NCBI GenBank assembly: GCA_032718475.1
Contig: JAUCBJ010000136.1
Coordinates: forward strand, 1 to 54,783
DNA: 54,783 nt
Direction of reading: 5' to 3'
Source of the DNA: Nemertoderma westbladi
Lineage: Eukaryota > Animalia > Xenacoelomorpha
A program made the translations under genes and the position numbers. Shown here piece by piece: positions 12,494 through 23,098 of the stretch (its first letter is position 1; every line of letters starts with the position of its first letter). The notes beneath the pieces were generated by a model that was not told where the DNA came from, searched no databases, and saw only the letters and a program-made list of their open reading frames with translations.

Positions 12494-13366
12494 ATGGCCA
12501 CAGATACATATATCACTCTACTTTCAGATAGCTCATTAAACACTTACCCCAATAATAATCCTAGCGAGTTTACTGTTGATTTAGCCGAAGAATTATATAT
12601 TGGTCCAAACGCTAAAATTGGGCTTGCCGAGCTTCAATACCAAGCAACATACAGTAATATTACGCTGCAAACTCAAATCTCACTGTCAATCGGGGTAGAT
12701 GCAAAAGATGCCAAATTATATAGTTTATTTCCTGGTATGCATAACTCTATTCAAGTCATTATTGATAATATAAATAAACTGTTTAATTCTGAAGCGAAAT
12801 ATAGAGATTTCGAATTCATTTTTAATACAAATAATTCTAGAATTAAATTTAAATTTCCTAAAAAGTTGAAAAAAATACAATTAAGTCTACGTGGTGATTT
12901 AATACAAATTCTAGGCTTAAAACCGTTATTGGATCGGAATCATCCGGATATTCCGAATTGGGATATATACAGTACCACTACAGTAGATGAATTAAGCAAT
13001 ATAGAACAGCCGATATTAATTTTAAATTATAGCGGGCCAAAAATTTCGGAAATTGGCATTTTAGATTTTCCAGCTCCCACGAATATAACACGTAATAAAG
13101 ACACTATCTTTATATACACAGATATTATTAAGAACTCATTTGTTGGTGACGCTTTAGCTCCGCTCTTAAGAACCTGCCCTTTAACGCAATTAAATCGAAA
13201 ATATATTAATCATGAATACGAGAGCATTTGCTATTACCCGTTGTTGAATAAAAAACTAAAAACAATCTTAATTACTTTACGTGACGGGCAAGGCCAATTA
13301 ATTAACTTCAGTGGAGGTCGCACTGTTATAACACTTAAGTTAATACAGGGTGGTAGTGATGGATGA
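12494..13366 (+). CDS. Polinton minor capsid (penton-like) protein, copy 1
   Basis: N-terminal YITLLSDSSLNTYPNN.PSEF.V.L...IGLAE; C-terminal FIYTDII...VGD..APLLR...YYPL...I.I.LRD.QG..I.F..G...ITL. Confidence 0.85.
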   Translation: MATDTYITLLSDSSLNTYPNNNPSEFTVDLAEELYIGPNAKIGLAELQYQATYSNITLQTQISLSIGVDAKDAKLYSLFPGMHNSIQVIIDNINKLFNSEAKYRDFEFIFNTNNSRIKFKFPKKLKKIQLSLRGDLIQILGLKPLLDRNHPDIPNWDIYSTTTVDELSNIEQPILILNYSGPKISEIGILDFPAPTNITRNKDTIFIYTDIIKNSFVGDALAPLLRTCPLTQLNRKYINHEYESICYYPLLNKKLKTILITLRDGQGQLINFSGGRTVITLKLIQGGSDG

Positions 13367-14203
13367 ATTCTACGTAAGACTACCAAGTAACTCCTGTCCA
13401 ATTGATTTTCCCCGCAATAGCGCTAGTAATTATCAGATCAATTTCCATGGCGCCTTACCTATAAACCCAAACGAAAACTGGGTGGTAGGTATAAAAAGTA
13501 TATTTTACTTAGCAACGTTGCCGTCCATGTATAACAATGTAGAGAATGTTATTTTATTAAAAAAAGGAAAAAAAAAATTTGAGGATACACTTCCATCCGG
13601 TTTGTTCTACAGTATCAATGACATTATAGATTATTTGAACACGGGGGCGTTGAAAGATAAATTAAAATAGTTGAAAATACTCAGCAAAATAGGTTGCAAT
13701 TTATTTTAGGGAAAACTGTGCAAGAGTTATTTATAGGTCAACAATTAGCCTATTATTTTGGAATTACTGAAAATAATCTCGGTGCGAATTTAAATCCAAA
13801 TTTTAAAATTATTTTGAAGACGAAAAATAATATAAAGGGTTATTTAATAAAGGTTATCGGAAATGGAGAAAAAGCTTACCAGATGGTATTTTTATGCCCT
13901 CAACCACCCAATTCTATTCCAGAACCTAAGTCGAACATGTACGTGACTACTAATATAATTGAAAATCAATATATTAATGACTTTGGTTTAGCTTTACTTC
14001 GTCGTGTTGCGATACCTGATGACGTGAAATATGGTAGCGTAATTAATATAGAATTTGTCAAGGATACAATTCATTATATCCCTGTAAAAAAATCATATAA
14101 GATAACATACATTCATATTGAAATAACAGACAAAGAAGGAAAAGATTTGAATTTTGAATACGGGACAACATCTATTACATTACACTTTAAACGTATAAAT
14201 TAA
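13359..14203 (+). pseudogene. Polinton minor capsid paralog, copy 2, split by a one-base frameshift near 13660
   Basis: Same termini as copy 1 (FYVRLPSNS...FPRN; MYVTTNII...LLR...YIPV...I.I.ITD..G....F..G....TLHF). Track ORFs 13350-13670 and 13694-14203 join if one A is added in GATAAATTAAAATAG. Confidence 0.8.
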
Positions 14204-14204
14204 A

Positions 14205-14780
14205 ATGGATTCTGATTTATTTCAAAGATACAGTAAACCTCAATATGGTGGTTCAGACTCTAATCTTGCTGTTTTTAAAGGTGGTAGAAGTACCAGAGGT
14301 TCGACGCAAGTTCCTGTTTTTCGAGGTGGTTCATATATTGACCCTTACAGTCAACAAATTGGCACATTTGGTCCAAACTTAAAACAACGTCGTTTTCAGC
14401 GTTATCGTAGAGGTATGCGGGCAAATCAACACGGAGAAGGTATATTTACAGACGCTTTATCGACATTGAAAAAATTTGGTAAGCCATTAGCTAAAAAAGT
14501 TTTACAGAAAGCTTTACCATTTACCACAAAATTTATGAGACAATACGTAATACCAAAAGGTAAGCGGGTCTTACATCAGCAGGCTAATACGGTTATTAAT
14601 AAAGCATTAAATAAAATGAAACCGTCAACAAGGTCAGTTGTAGAAAAAGTTTATAGAGATTTAAAGCGACCCGCTAGACCAATGTCTATGAACATACATC
14701 ATCGATGTAGTAAAAAGAGAAATATAAAAGGCAAATTGAAACACTGCGAAAAAAGTATTTTTTATAATGTCAATTATTAA
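14205..14780 (+). CDS. Basic Gly-rich Polinton core/virion protein (pVII/pVI-like)
   Basis: Repeated xGG motifs (QYGG, FKGG, FRGG), QHGEG followed by amphipathic helix IFTDALSTLKKFGKPLAK, Arg/Lys-rich. Located just before the major capsid gene. Confidence 0.6.
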   Translation: MDSDLFQRYSKPQYGGSDSNLAVFKGGRSTRGSTQVPVFRGGSYIDPYSQQIGTFGPNLKQRRFQRYRRGMRANQHGEGIFTDALSTLKKFGKPLAKKVLQKALPFTTKFMRQYVIPKGKRVLHQQANTVINKALNKMKPSTRSVVEKVYRDLKRPARPMSMNIHHRCSKKRNIKGKLKHCEKSIFYNVNY

Positions 14781-16026
14781 GGAATTAGATTTATTTTCTA
14801 CACAGCCAATACAGACTGAATTTAAAGCAAAGCATTATGAAACAATTTACCCCGTATCTAATCTCAGAAGTGAATCTAGGGAGGTCACATTCCTTGTACC
14901 GAGATCCAATGAATTCTATACGAAACTACAAGATGCGTTATTAATTACAAAATGTACTGTACGATGGGATAGACGACTTGAAAACTCCCATATATATATG
15001 CTGAATTACCCCGCTGAAACTATGTGGAGTGATATTAAAATAGACCTTAATGAGAAGCAGGTTGAAAATAGCAATAACCATTATTTCTACAAGTCGTACT
15101 TATCCAATTTATTATTTACAACTTACGAGGATAAAAATGGGCTACTGGGTGCGGGTGGCTTTCATCAACCTTTATCTGAGCACGGAAATGAAATTGATCC
15201 CGGCGCGCATCCTATTGACGATGCCTTTAGTAAACAAATGCAATTTGTAAGTGGATTGACGATTGATTTTGATACTGAAACTAAAATAATACAACCCGGG
15301 TATGATTTAAGAATGCATTTTAGAAAAGTATCAAATTCGTTTATTTTTAAAATCACTCCAAACGCAAACGCGGTGACAAATCTTCGACTAGAATTAGATG
15401 AAATAAAGATTCTAATCCCTAGAATGGAGGTTAATCCTGTAATAGAAAGCAGTCACCTAAAAGGTTTAGAGAGTTACGATATTGAATATCAATTTCAAAA
15501 AAAGGAGGTGACAACATTTACTATTCCCGCTCAAACCACAAATTACACCCAAACAAACATATTTGATGGTAAAAAACCCAAATTAGTTATTATTGGCTTC
15601 ATAACAAATAACGCTTATTCGGGAGAATTAATTAGCAATCCCTTGAAATTTGAACATTTTAACCTTAGACGCGCGGAACTGATTGTAGACGGTCTTCCAG
15701 TAGGTGGTGTAATATACGAGCCTAATTTTACAGATGGAACATATATTTTTGAGTATACTCAATTAATGAAGAACATTAATACATATATTAACGGTTATGG
15801 AGGTAATAATATAGACCATGAAACCTACTTAGGTAATTGCCCCATCCTATCCTGGGACTTAACCGCCGACGGCTATGTTAGAGATCCGCAACCGTCGATA
15901 TATACTAATGGCCAATTAAAATTAAGATTTGCTGAACCGTTGGTTGAAACCATAAATGTAATCGTTTTTAATATTTATGATCAATCATTAAGTTTAAATA
16001 GCAGGAAAGAAATACATATCGATTAA
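14767..16026 (+). CDS. Polinton major capsid protein (double jelly-roll)
   Basis: 419 aa. ELDLFS..PIQT start, Y.YKSY...LL, P..VIIGF..N.AY.G....NP..F.HFNL, DLTAD, L.LRFAEPL...INVIV. Confidence 0.88.
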   Translation: MSIIKELDLFSTQPIQTEFKAKHYETIYPVSNLRSESREVTFLVPRSNEFYTKLQDALLITKCTVRWDRRLENSHIYMLNYPAETMWSDIKIDLNEKQVENSNNHYFYKSYLSNLLFTTYEDKNGLLGAGGFHQPLSEHGNEIDPGAHPIDDAFSKQMQFVSGLTIDFDTETKIIQPGYDLRMHFRKVSNSFIFKITPNANAVTNLRLELDEIKILIPRMEVNPVIESSHLKGLESYDIEYQFQKKEVTTFTIPAQTTNYTQTNIFDGKKPKLVIIGFITNNAYSGELISNPLKFEHFNLRRAELIVDGLPVGGVIYEPNFTDGTYIFEYTQLMKNINTYINGYGGNNIDHETYLGNCPILSWDLTADGYVRDPQPSIYTNGQLKLRFAEPLVETINVIVFNIYDQSLSLNSRKEIHID

Positions 16027-16028
16027 GT

Positions 16029-16481
16029 ATGTTATCTACAGAGGACCTTGATATGTTTCCAGTGGGTGGTCACTATTTGGGTGCGTTTCCAGCTAACAAA
16101 TTACCTAAATTAGATAATAATAAGCGAAGAGACTATGGCTTAATAGTAAATACCGATAAAGAGCATCTGCCTGGGATTCATTGGATCGCGATATATATAC
16201 GAGATAATGAGGCTGAATTATTTGACTCGTTTGGACCAAAATATCCAAACAGATGCATCGAAAAATGGCTTGAGAAAAATTCCGCAAGGTGGCGTACTAC
16301 TCGCAAACAATTTCAAGACCCTAGGAGGACCACATGCGGTCTGTACTGTCTGTATTATTTGGTAAATCGTATTCACACAATCTATCCAATGAGAGCGTTT
16401 ACAAATAATGTGGAAATAAATGAAATAATATTATATAAATGGCTTGTTAATTATTATAAAATAAACCAACAAGCGTTGTAA
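16029..16481 (+). CDS. Adenain-like cysteine (maturation) protease
   Basis: IVNTD....PGIHWIA, LFDSFG, Q......CGLYC (His-Asp-Gln-Cys catalytic set). Confidence 0.92.
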   Translation: MLSTEDLDMFPVGGHYLGAFPANKLPKLDNNKRRDYGLIVNTDKEHLPGIHWIAIYIRDNEAELFDSFGPKYPNRCIEKWLEKNSARWRTTRKQFQDPRRTTCGLYCLYYLVNRIHTIYPMRAFTNNVEINEIILYKWLVNYYKINQQAL

Positions 16482-16516
16482 TTAATTATTTAACTTGCTT
16501 TTGTTTATCAGATAAA

Positions 16517-17116
16517 ATGGATAATATTATTTTTGTTGATTTTCAATATTATAAGATAGACAATAAAGAGTATCCGGTAGTATTTAAAGAATTTGCTATA
16601 TTTGATTCTAATTACACCAAAACTAATATAAAGACGTTTTTAATTAAAGGCCCGTCTAATATTAAGTTATCAGCTTTAGATGCAGCCCACGTAAACAATT
16701 TACGGGATATGACTTCTCACTTGCCCTGGGACTACGGGGACATTTCTCAAGATGACTTTAAAAAATATATAAAGAGACATTTAAAATATAAAAAAAACAT
16801 TCATGTATTTGGGTTGCTGAAGCAGGCAATATTAGTTTCCCAACTCGATGTTCTCGCGCCAAATTCGGTGGAGAGATTGGGAATATATAAGCAATATCAC
16901 GAATATTTAACCCCCTGTCGCTTTCACGATCAATTTATTCCACTGGAAAATAAATGTGCGTTCCACTTAAACACAAAGGATAACTGTCTGCGGTATTGCT
17001 CAGCAAAACGCGTTGGGGGGTATGAGATGCTACATTTTTTCATGAGAAAGCGTTTAACTGCGACTGATGATGATGATAAACAGAAAGAAATAACTGTGGT
17101 GGAAGATGTACTGTAG
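16517..17116 (+). CDS. DnaQ/DEDD-fold-like protein with Glu-Cys-His-Cys pattern (Maelstrom-like)
   Basis: FVDFQ...FKEFAIF...F.IK.P...TSHLPWDYG...C.FH...C. The ORF itself is well supported; the fold call is by eye. Confidence 0.5.
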   Translation: MDNIIFVDFQYYKIDNKEYPVVFKEFAIFDSNYTKTNIKTFLIKGPSNIKLSALDAAHVNNLRDMTSHLPWDYGDISQDDFKKYIKRHLKYKKNIHVFGLLKQAILVSQLDVLAPNSVERLGIYKQYHEYLTPCRFHDQFIPLENKCAFHLNTKDNCLRYCSAKRVGGYEMLHFFMRKRLTATDDDDKQKEITVVEDVL

Positions 17117-17485
17117 GTTTACTCTAAGCATGTAATGTGATGGGATATAATATAATTTTATTTTGGTGATGATCTTGATGTTAATATACAAATATAATAA
17201 AATATAATTTTTTTACAACAAGTTCTCTAAAAAGAGTCAATTGCGGTAGGTTAACCATGCACATTTAACAATATGACGTAGACGTAACATGTACAGTAAG
17301 TATTCTCGATATCATTCTAATATAGATATACTGGTATTGCGAAACATCCTATACATCGCAAACTAATAACACATACAGTAGTTGACTAGTAATATTAGTC
17401 AGAAATGCAACATAAACTGTATAGGATGTAGTGTTAACCTGTTGGTACCAGTACTGATAAATTCAATAATTTATTATAAGCCTAA

Positions 17486-18290
17486 CCACAACTGTCATCC
17501 GCTTTATCAGTACTGGTAGTGTTTTACTCTTCCAACACTGTAGTCACAGTCTACTGGTATCAGTACAGCAGTAATCTGAAGCAATAGCATACTGCTGTCA
17601 TGATCTGGATTACACGCAGGGGTCTCTCATATAGGGATTAGATCACCTATCCAAACAATACAGTACTGCAGTACTGTCGTTGTTCTTGATGTAACAACAT
17701 AATCAGATAGAGCATACTGATTTCCTTTGATTAGCATTGTACCGCAGTACTAGTACTACAGTATTAATGTAACAGTACCCGCAGTAACAAACTAGGCCAA
17801 TGTATACAATATCGTGAGCCAGTTACAATCAGATGTGTACGCAGTCAGCCACACTGCGGGGGATGTGGTCAACCTCGCAGCTCCTATCCACAACTGTCAT
17901 CCATTTTATCAGTACAGCAGTAATCTGATGTAATAGCATTTGTTTTTTTTCACCTATAAGGATACTGCTGTCTACCCGAACCTTGATTAGCATACTGCTG
18001 TCATAACCTAGAAGGGACGCGTGGCTCTCACATATAGGGATTAGATCACCTACCCAAACAATACAGTACTGCAGTACTGTCGCTGTTCTTGATGTAACAG
18101 CATTGTCAGATAGAGCATGCTGATTTCTTTTGATTAGCATTGTACTGCAGTACGGTACCGGTACCACAGTATTAATGTAACAGTACCCGCAGTAACAAAC
18201 TGAGTCAATGTATACAATATCGTGAGCCAGTTACAATCGGATGTGTGCGCAGTCAGCCACACTGCTGGGAAACGGTCCACCTCGCAGCCG
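17486..18290 (+). repeat. ~400-bp diverged tandem duplication between the two Polinton gene blocks
   Basis: CCACAACTGTCATCC at 17486 and 17888; shared GGGATTAGATCACCTA and GTAACAGTACCCGCAGTAACAAACT blocks at ~400-410 bp offset. Confidence 0.85.
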
Positions 18291-18456
18291 TCTAGCCACC
18301 CTCGCAGTCAGCCTCGCGGCAGGCAGTCAGCCTCGCAGTCAGCCTCGCGGCATGCAGTCAGCCTCGCAGCCAGCCTCGCGGCACGCAGTCAACCTCGCGG
18401 CACGCAGTCAGCCTCGCGGCACGCAGCCAGCCACGCAGCTAGGCACACAGTCAGCC
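18290..18456 (+). repeat. Short GC-rich tandem repeat (GCAGTCAGCCTCGCGGCAC-like)
   Basis: About 8-10 variable units of 13-19 bp. Confidence 0.8.
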
Positions 18457-18548
18457 CGTGAGAGTCATGCTTATTCAAACGAGGTTAGTTTTCCCTAACT
18501 ACCGATTGATTGATTGATTGAAAAATAATAATGTTTAATTTTCACCTT

Positions 18549-19094
18549 CTAATCACCAACACCTAAAGTCACAACACCAAACATTAATAAATAATTAACA
18601 AGTTTACTAAATATAGGGTAATAAATGTGAAATTTGCTAGGTGAACACATTAAAGTACATTTACCGGTATGAAAGCAGCAAATGACTACGGTATTATTTA
18701 TTCTTATTTTGCAATTATTAAAAATTTCAGGTTCATATATAACTTAAAGTTGCACATTATCAAAGATAACATAAAACCCGGTATTGTTTATCAATAACCT
18801 ATAGACTACAGACTTAATACTAAAAATATAAGTACATAAATTAACAGATTTTAAAATCAAATTAATACTAGTTTTATCAAATATATGCTTTTTTACTTTT
18901 TGGAAATTATACTTACTACCTAATAATGTAATACGACCATTTTTAAATATTAATAATGTGGCACCAAATATCTTATATATAAACTGATTTGGTTTGAGTA
19001 TGTGTTTACCAGATAATTGATTTTTTAATTCTTTCAAATTAATCGCTGACACTTGCTGGCAACTTACATTCTTATTGACTATCTGATAGTTCAT
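18549..19094 (-). pseudogene. TATA-binding-protein (TBP)-like gene of the Polinton, 181 codons with one in-frame TAA (18744-18746)
   Basis: Repeat 1: IVN..VSC....AINL ... TLLIFKNGRITLLGSK. Reading past the stop in the same frame gives VIYEPEIFNNCKIRINNTVVICCFHTGKCTLM...YYPIF to TAG at 18549, matching TBP repeat 2 (YEPELF...IFVSGK...IYPIL). Confidence 0.75.
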
Positions 19095-22000
19095 TGTTTG
19101 GTTCCCGATAAATTGGTATATTGTTTTTTTTCATGGGTTTTTCGACCTTTGTTTGATAGTGACCCCAGGGAAGCGAATGATTTTTATTAACCCAATAAAG
19201 TTTATCATCAAATGCGCTGAGAGCAAACTTATCTCGTGCTATAGTATACACTTTGTGTAATTTACTCTGAAATTGATGTGTTTCTTTTGAAATTTCTTCG
19301 TTATCGTAATATGCCCTCAAATAATCTTTGTGACAAATATTTTTATCCACGACAGCTCTTGTTATTCCTTTCGCCCGTCGTATATTTGTTTCATTGAATT
19401 CCAAAATTGAATATAACTTTGGTCTTAAAAATACCGCTTGTTTAATTTCACATGAGGCTAGTTCGTCTTTACAGTAATAGAGCCTGGATTTATTTTTATC
19501 GCTGTAGAGAGGGTGATCCTTGGGGTAATTGGATGTATCTAAAATATTATTTTTAATTAAGGCTTTTAAGAAATTACTCTGTGATGTATTATAGTAACAA
19601 CCTATTAAAGAGTCCGTGTCTGATGCTACAATTTCAATTCGGCAGTTTAATTCTTTCTCAATAGGTAGCAATTTATCGTAATACAGCTGATACATATCCA
19701 ATTTAGCCAAGTCCAAGACAGTACTACCTACATAGACTGGTTTATCGAGAGTTACAGAGTCTTTCACTAATAAATGTCCCGATAAGGAATCGTTATAAAT
19801 CATGAAATTTTCATGATTTATTCGTTTGACTAATTGGTCACATTTTTCTTTACTATTTGCGATACGAAAGTTGCATCGATCCCGTATATTCTCTATAGTT
19901 TTACCAAATAAAGAATTGTTCAGCAATTTCGCGACAGCTGTTTCAATATAACTTTTTGCTAGTCGCCTTTGATTAATATTAAAATCTATATAGGGTTTAA
20001 ATACAAAGTCTTGATGGAAAGAATATAATTTATGGAGCTTAGTAACAATTAAACCTTGTTTTATATAAAATTTTAACAGTTTTAAATTTACATGATAGAA
20101 TTCTTTATCGAATTGTGTCAACATAAGTTTCGGTGCACACATCTTATACTTGCTATTAGTGCCTCTTTGTTTACAAACATTGTTAAATTGTTCCCTCATA
20201 TAAGGTGAAAGCATTGTCTCATTTATACTTAAATGTTCTGGAGCTAAGGGTAGTTCTAATGTACGATCGTGAATATCTTTGGGATATTTCAAATCGCAAA
20301 TTAAGAAAAACCCAATATCACCTTCAGTATCAAGATTTGTTAAATATTTTATCAGTTCTTCTGGAGCAGCATTCTCTAAATATGTAACATTGACTTGTTC
20401 AAAACCTGAAACAGGTAGCTTTTTACTTAAATTTCCCGAATACAAGGAATTAAAATCTATATTGAAAATATGACACTCTTCCTTGCTTGGATCATAATTA
20501 TCAGTATCTGGTATATTTGATTCTATGTAATGCTTTCGACAGAATGAAACCCCTCCTCTAATAGATGCTTCAAAATCTCTATATGTTTGGTAATCTTTTA
20601 TTAATGTTAACTTACATTTATTGTATTTCAGGGCGCAATCATAAGTGAAAGCTGCGATACTGCAATAATAAACTACTTCTAATTCGTAGTTTTGTCTACA
20701 CACTCTCCTAAAGTTCTCAAATATATCAGCGAGGAGACAAACATCGAGTTTTAAGTATGCTAAAAGATAATCCTTGAGATTCACACAGTCAAACTGACTC
20801 CATGATGCGTTGGCAAAACTATATTCCTCGGGTGTACAGGTATTTTGTGTTAATTTACTATAAAATTTGTCTATTGATGGTAATTTCAAATCATTGAATT
20901 TATTTAAATCTGTCAGATACTCGTAGGGAAATATACCTTTTCGTTTAATTGTTGCATTATTTAAATTTGGATAAAAATATTTCATTTGCTGTTCAGTAAT
21001 TGGTAGAACTGATGTTATATCCTCGCTGTCTATATCCTTTGTTGAACAATCAACTAAAGTACTTAGGGAAAAGGATAAAAATTGATATGTGTCTAAGACA
21101 CGTAGCTCGATCTTAGTTTTTTCATCTTTCACTGGTATATGCATGCTTAGTGAAATATACCTTTCAGAATTTTTAGGGATCACCTTTATATCCCAATCGG
21201 AATATCGGTTGTTGGTAAAACCAACTTGCAAAAGAAAATGCAAATCGTAGAGATTGCAGTTGTGTGCAGCAAGTATATACATGTGTCGTTTCAACGATAA
21301 AGAGCGGTTACATGCGTTACAAGCGGCCGCTATATAGTTACCAGTAATATGTGAGTGATGTTTGTTTTTCTCAGACTTATCCTTAAATAAAACATTGCAA
21401 TAAAAGCAAGTTTTAGCTTTCCAAAAACTTAACTTATCTACATCATTAAGTATCATTCTCTCTCTCGTGTGGGTTTCTGACCACTTATATAATTGGGTGA
21501 TGTCATTATATACAGAGTCTAAAAAGTCTTGAATATAGTTGTTGTCGATTGTTTTTGTAAAGGTCTTCAAATAAAATTTTGGTGGATTGATTAATTCGGC
21601 ACTAGGAACAATTAAATAACTTACAGCGCATGGAATATGATTCTGAATAAATTTACTGTTGGTGGCTGGCTCCAAAATAGATTCTATGTCAAAATATATT
21701 ACAAACAATGCTGGTAATGTTCTGTCTAAATTTCTAAAGCTAATGTGAGTTCTTTTTTCAGACGGTAGCTTCTCAACTTGACTTTTTCCTCGATAACAAG
21801 CAAGACGGTGACGTTCTAGAACATCATTGGTGTAGAAAGGCGCCAAACACCGTTCACAATATTTCCTACCACGAGTATGAAGAGCTCTTGTATTCATCAA
21901 ACGATTCAAGTTAGTTATGCAAACATAATGTGATTGTTTACTCGTATTCTTATGTTTTACAAGTAATATATTCAATAACTCTTTATCTGGAGTGATTTTA

Positions 22001-23098
22001 CTAAATGGTGCCTGTCTTAATATAGATACTCAATTGTTGTCGTAGAGTAATAAATTAATTATATATGCTGAATTCTGTTTTTCAAAAAGTTTAATTGCAA
22101 GCGGCCATTCTGTTGGATAATCTTTGTTGCCGTTGTCAAAAATGAAATGACTCATATAATTTTTGTACTGTGAAGTACGGTTTTTGTTTATCTTCACTTT
22201 GCTACTAAATTTTGTAGCTATAATTGCCCATTTAAAACAATCATTATCAGCCGTTTGTATATTTATAACACATTGTTTATACGCTAGAGCCTTAGGTAAC
22301 TCCATGTAACCGTGTGTGTCCCTTATATTCCAGTGACCTACACTTGGATTCAGCTACTTTAATTTCAACCCTTAATAAAGATTTAACACGCCACCCTGAG
22401 CCACGAGTGTTAAACATGGCTATTTTTTGCATTAATTTTTCTAATACATACTCAAACCATGTGTCAAAACTTTCATGTGAATCTACGGTATTAACTGCAC
22501 CACCTGAAGAACTAAAATAGAAAGCTTCTTCTTGATCACCCTCTGAAAAATGTGATCGATACATGAGTATATTCACACCTAGCCAGGGTCTAAGTACATT
22601 CATTTCGCTAAGTTTTCCTAATAATAAAGTTTGGATGTGAGGTAGAATTTTAATTAATGATGAATGAATATCAGGAAAATCTTCATCATTCGGAAGATTG
22701 TAAACATAGATTTCTAAACGGTTATCGTGTGCGGCCCGTTCAATGTTAAAAATTGATGAACCTTGACCAGATTTCAGTCTTTTTCTAGATACGATAGTAT
22801 TGTTTTGGTTCCGTTGTGGTGGTGGTCTAACATGATAATAACGTTGGTGACAGTCGTGACGTAAGTAATTCTCATATAAATACTCTTTATTACAAGTAGG
22901 GCATGTTTTTTCATACACGCAAAACTTCATTTCTTTACATCCCGTAGTTGATTCATGTCGTTTACATATTTCTTCACGTGAACATTTCACTCGACAATGA
23001 AAACAATTGTATTCTTGAAAATGAGATTTCACGTGTGTTAAATAATTTCGTTTAGAAATTTGAAGAGGACAAAATGGACATTTCAATTGTTTATCCAT
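19072..23098 (-). pseudogene. Protein-primed family B DNA polymerase (N-terminal Zn fingers, OTU-like segment, EndoVII-like insert), split by a frameshift (~22315) and an in-frame TGA (22030-22032)
   Basis: Exo motifs FDIES, HN...YD, YLKLDV; pol motifs DFNSLY, KLLNNSLFGK, SDTDS, KDE, RPKLY, KGI; N-terminal GSGW and DCFKWAI...HYV. ORFs 22030-22305 and 19072-21975 share a frame; 22292-23098 is shifted at a (CA)n run. Confidence 0.93.

Noticed and set aside
18744-22032. Stop-codon reassignment to explain in-frame stops in polB and the TBP-like gene
   Set aside because: The two stops differ (TGA, TAA), the same codons terminate other genes of the element, and frameshifts also occur. Decay is simpler.
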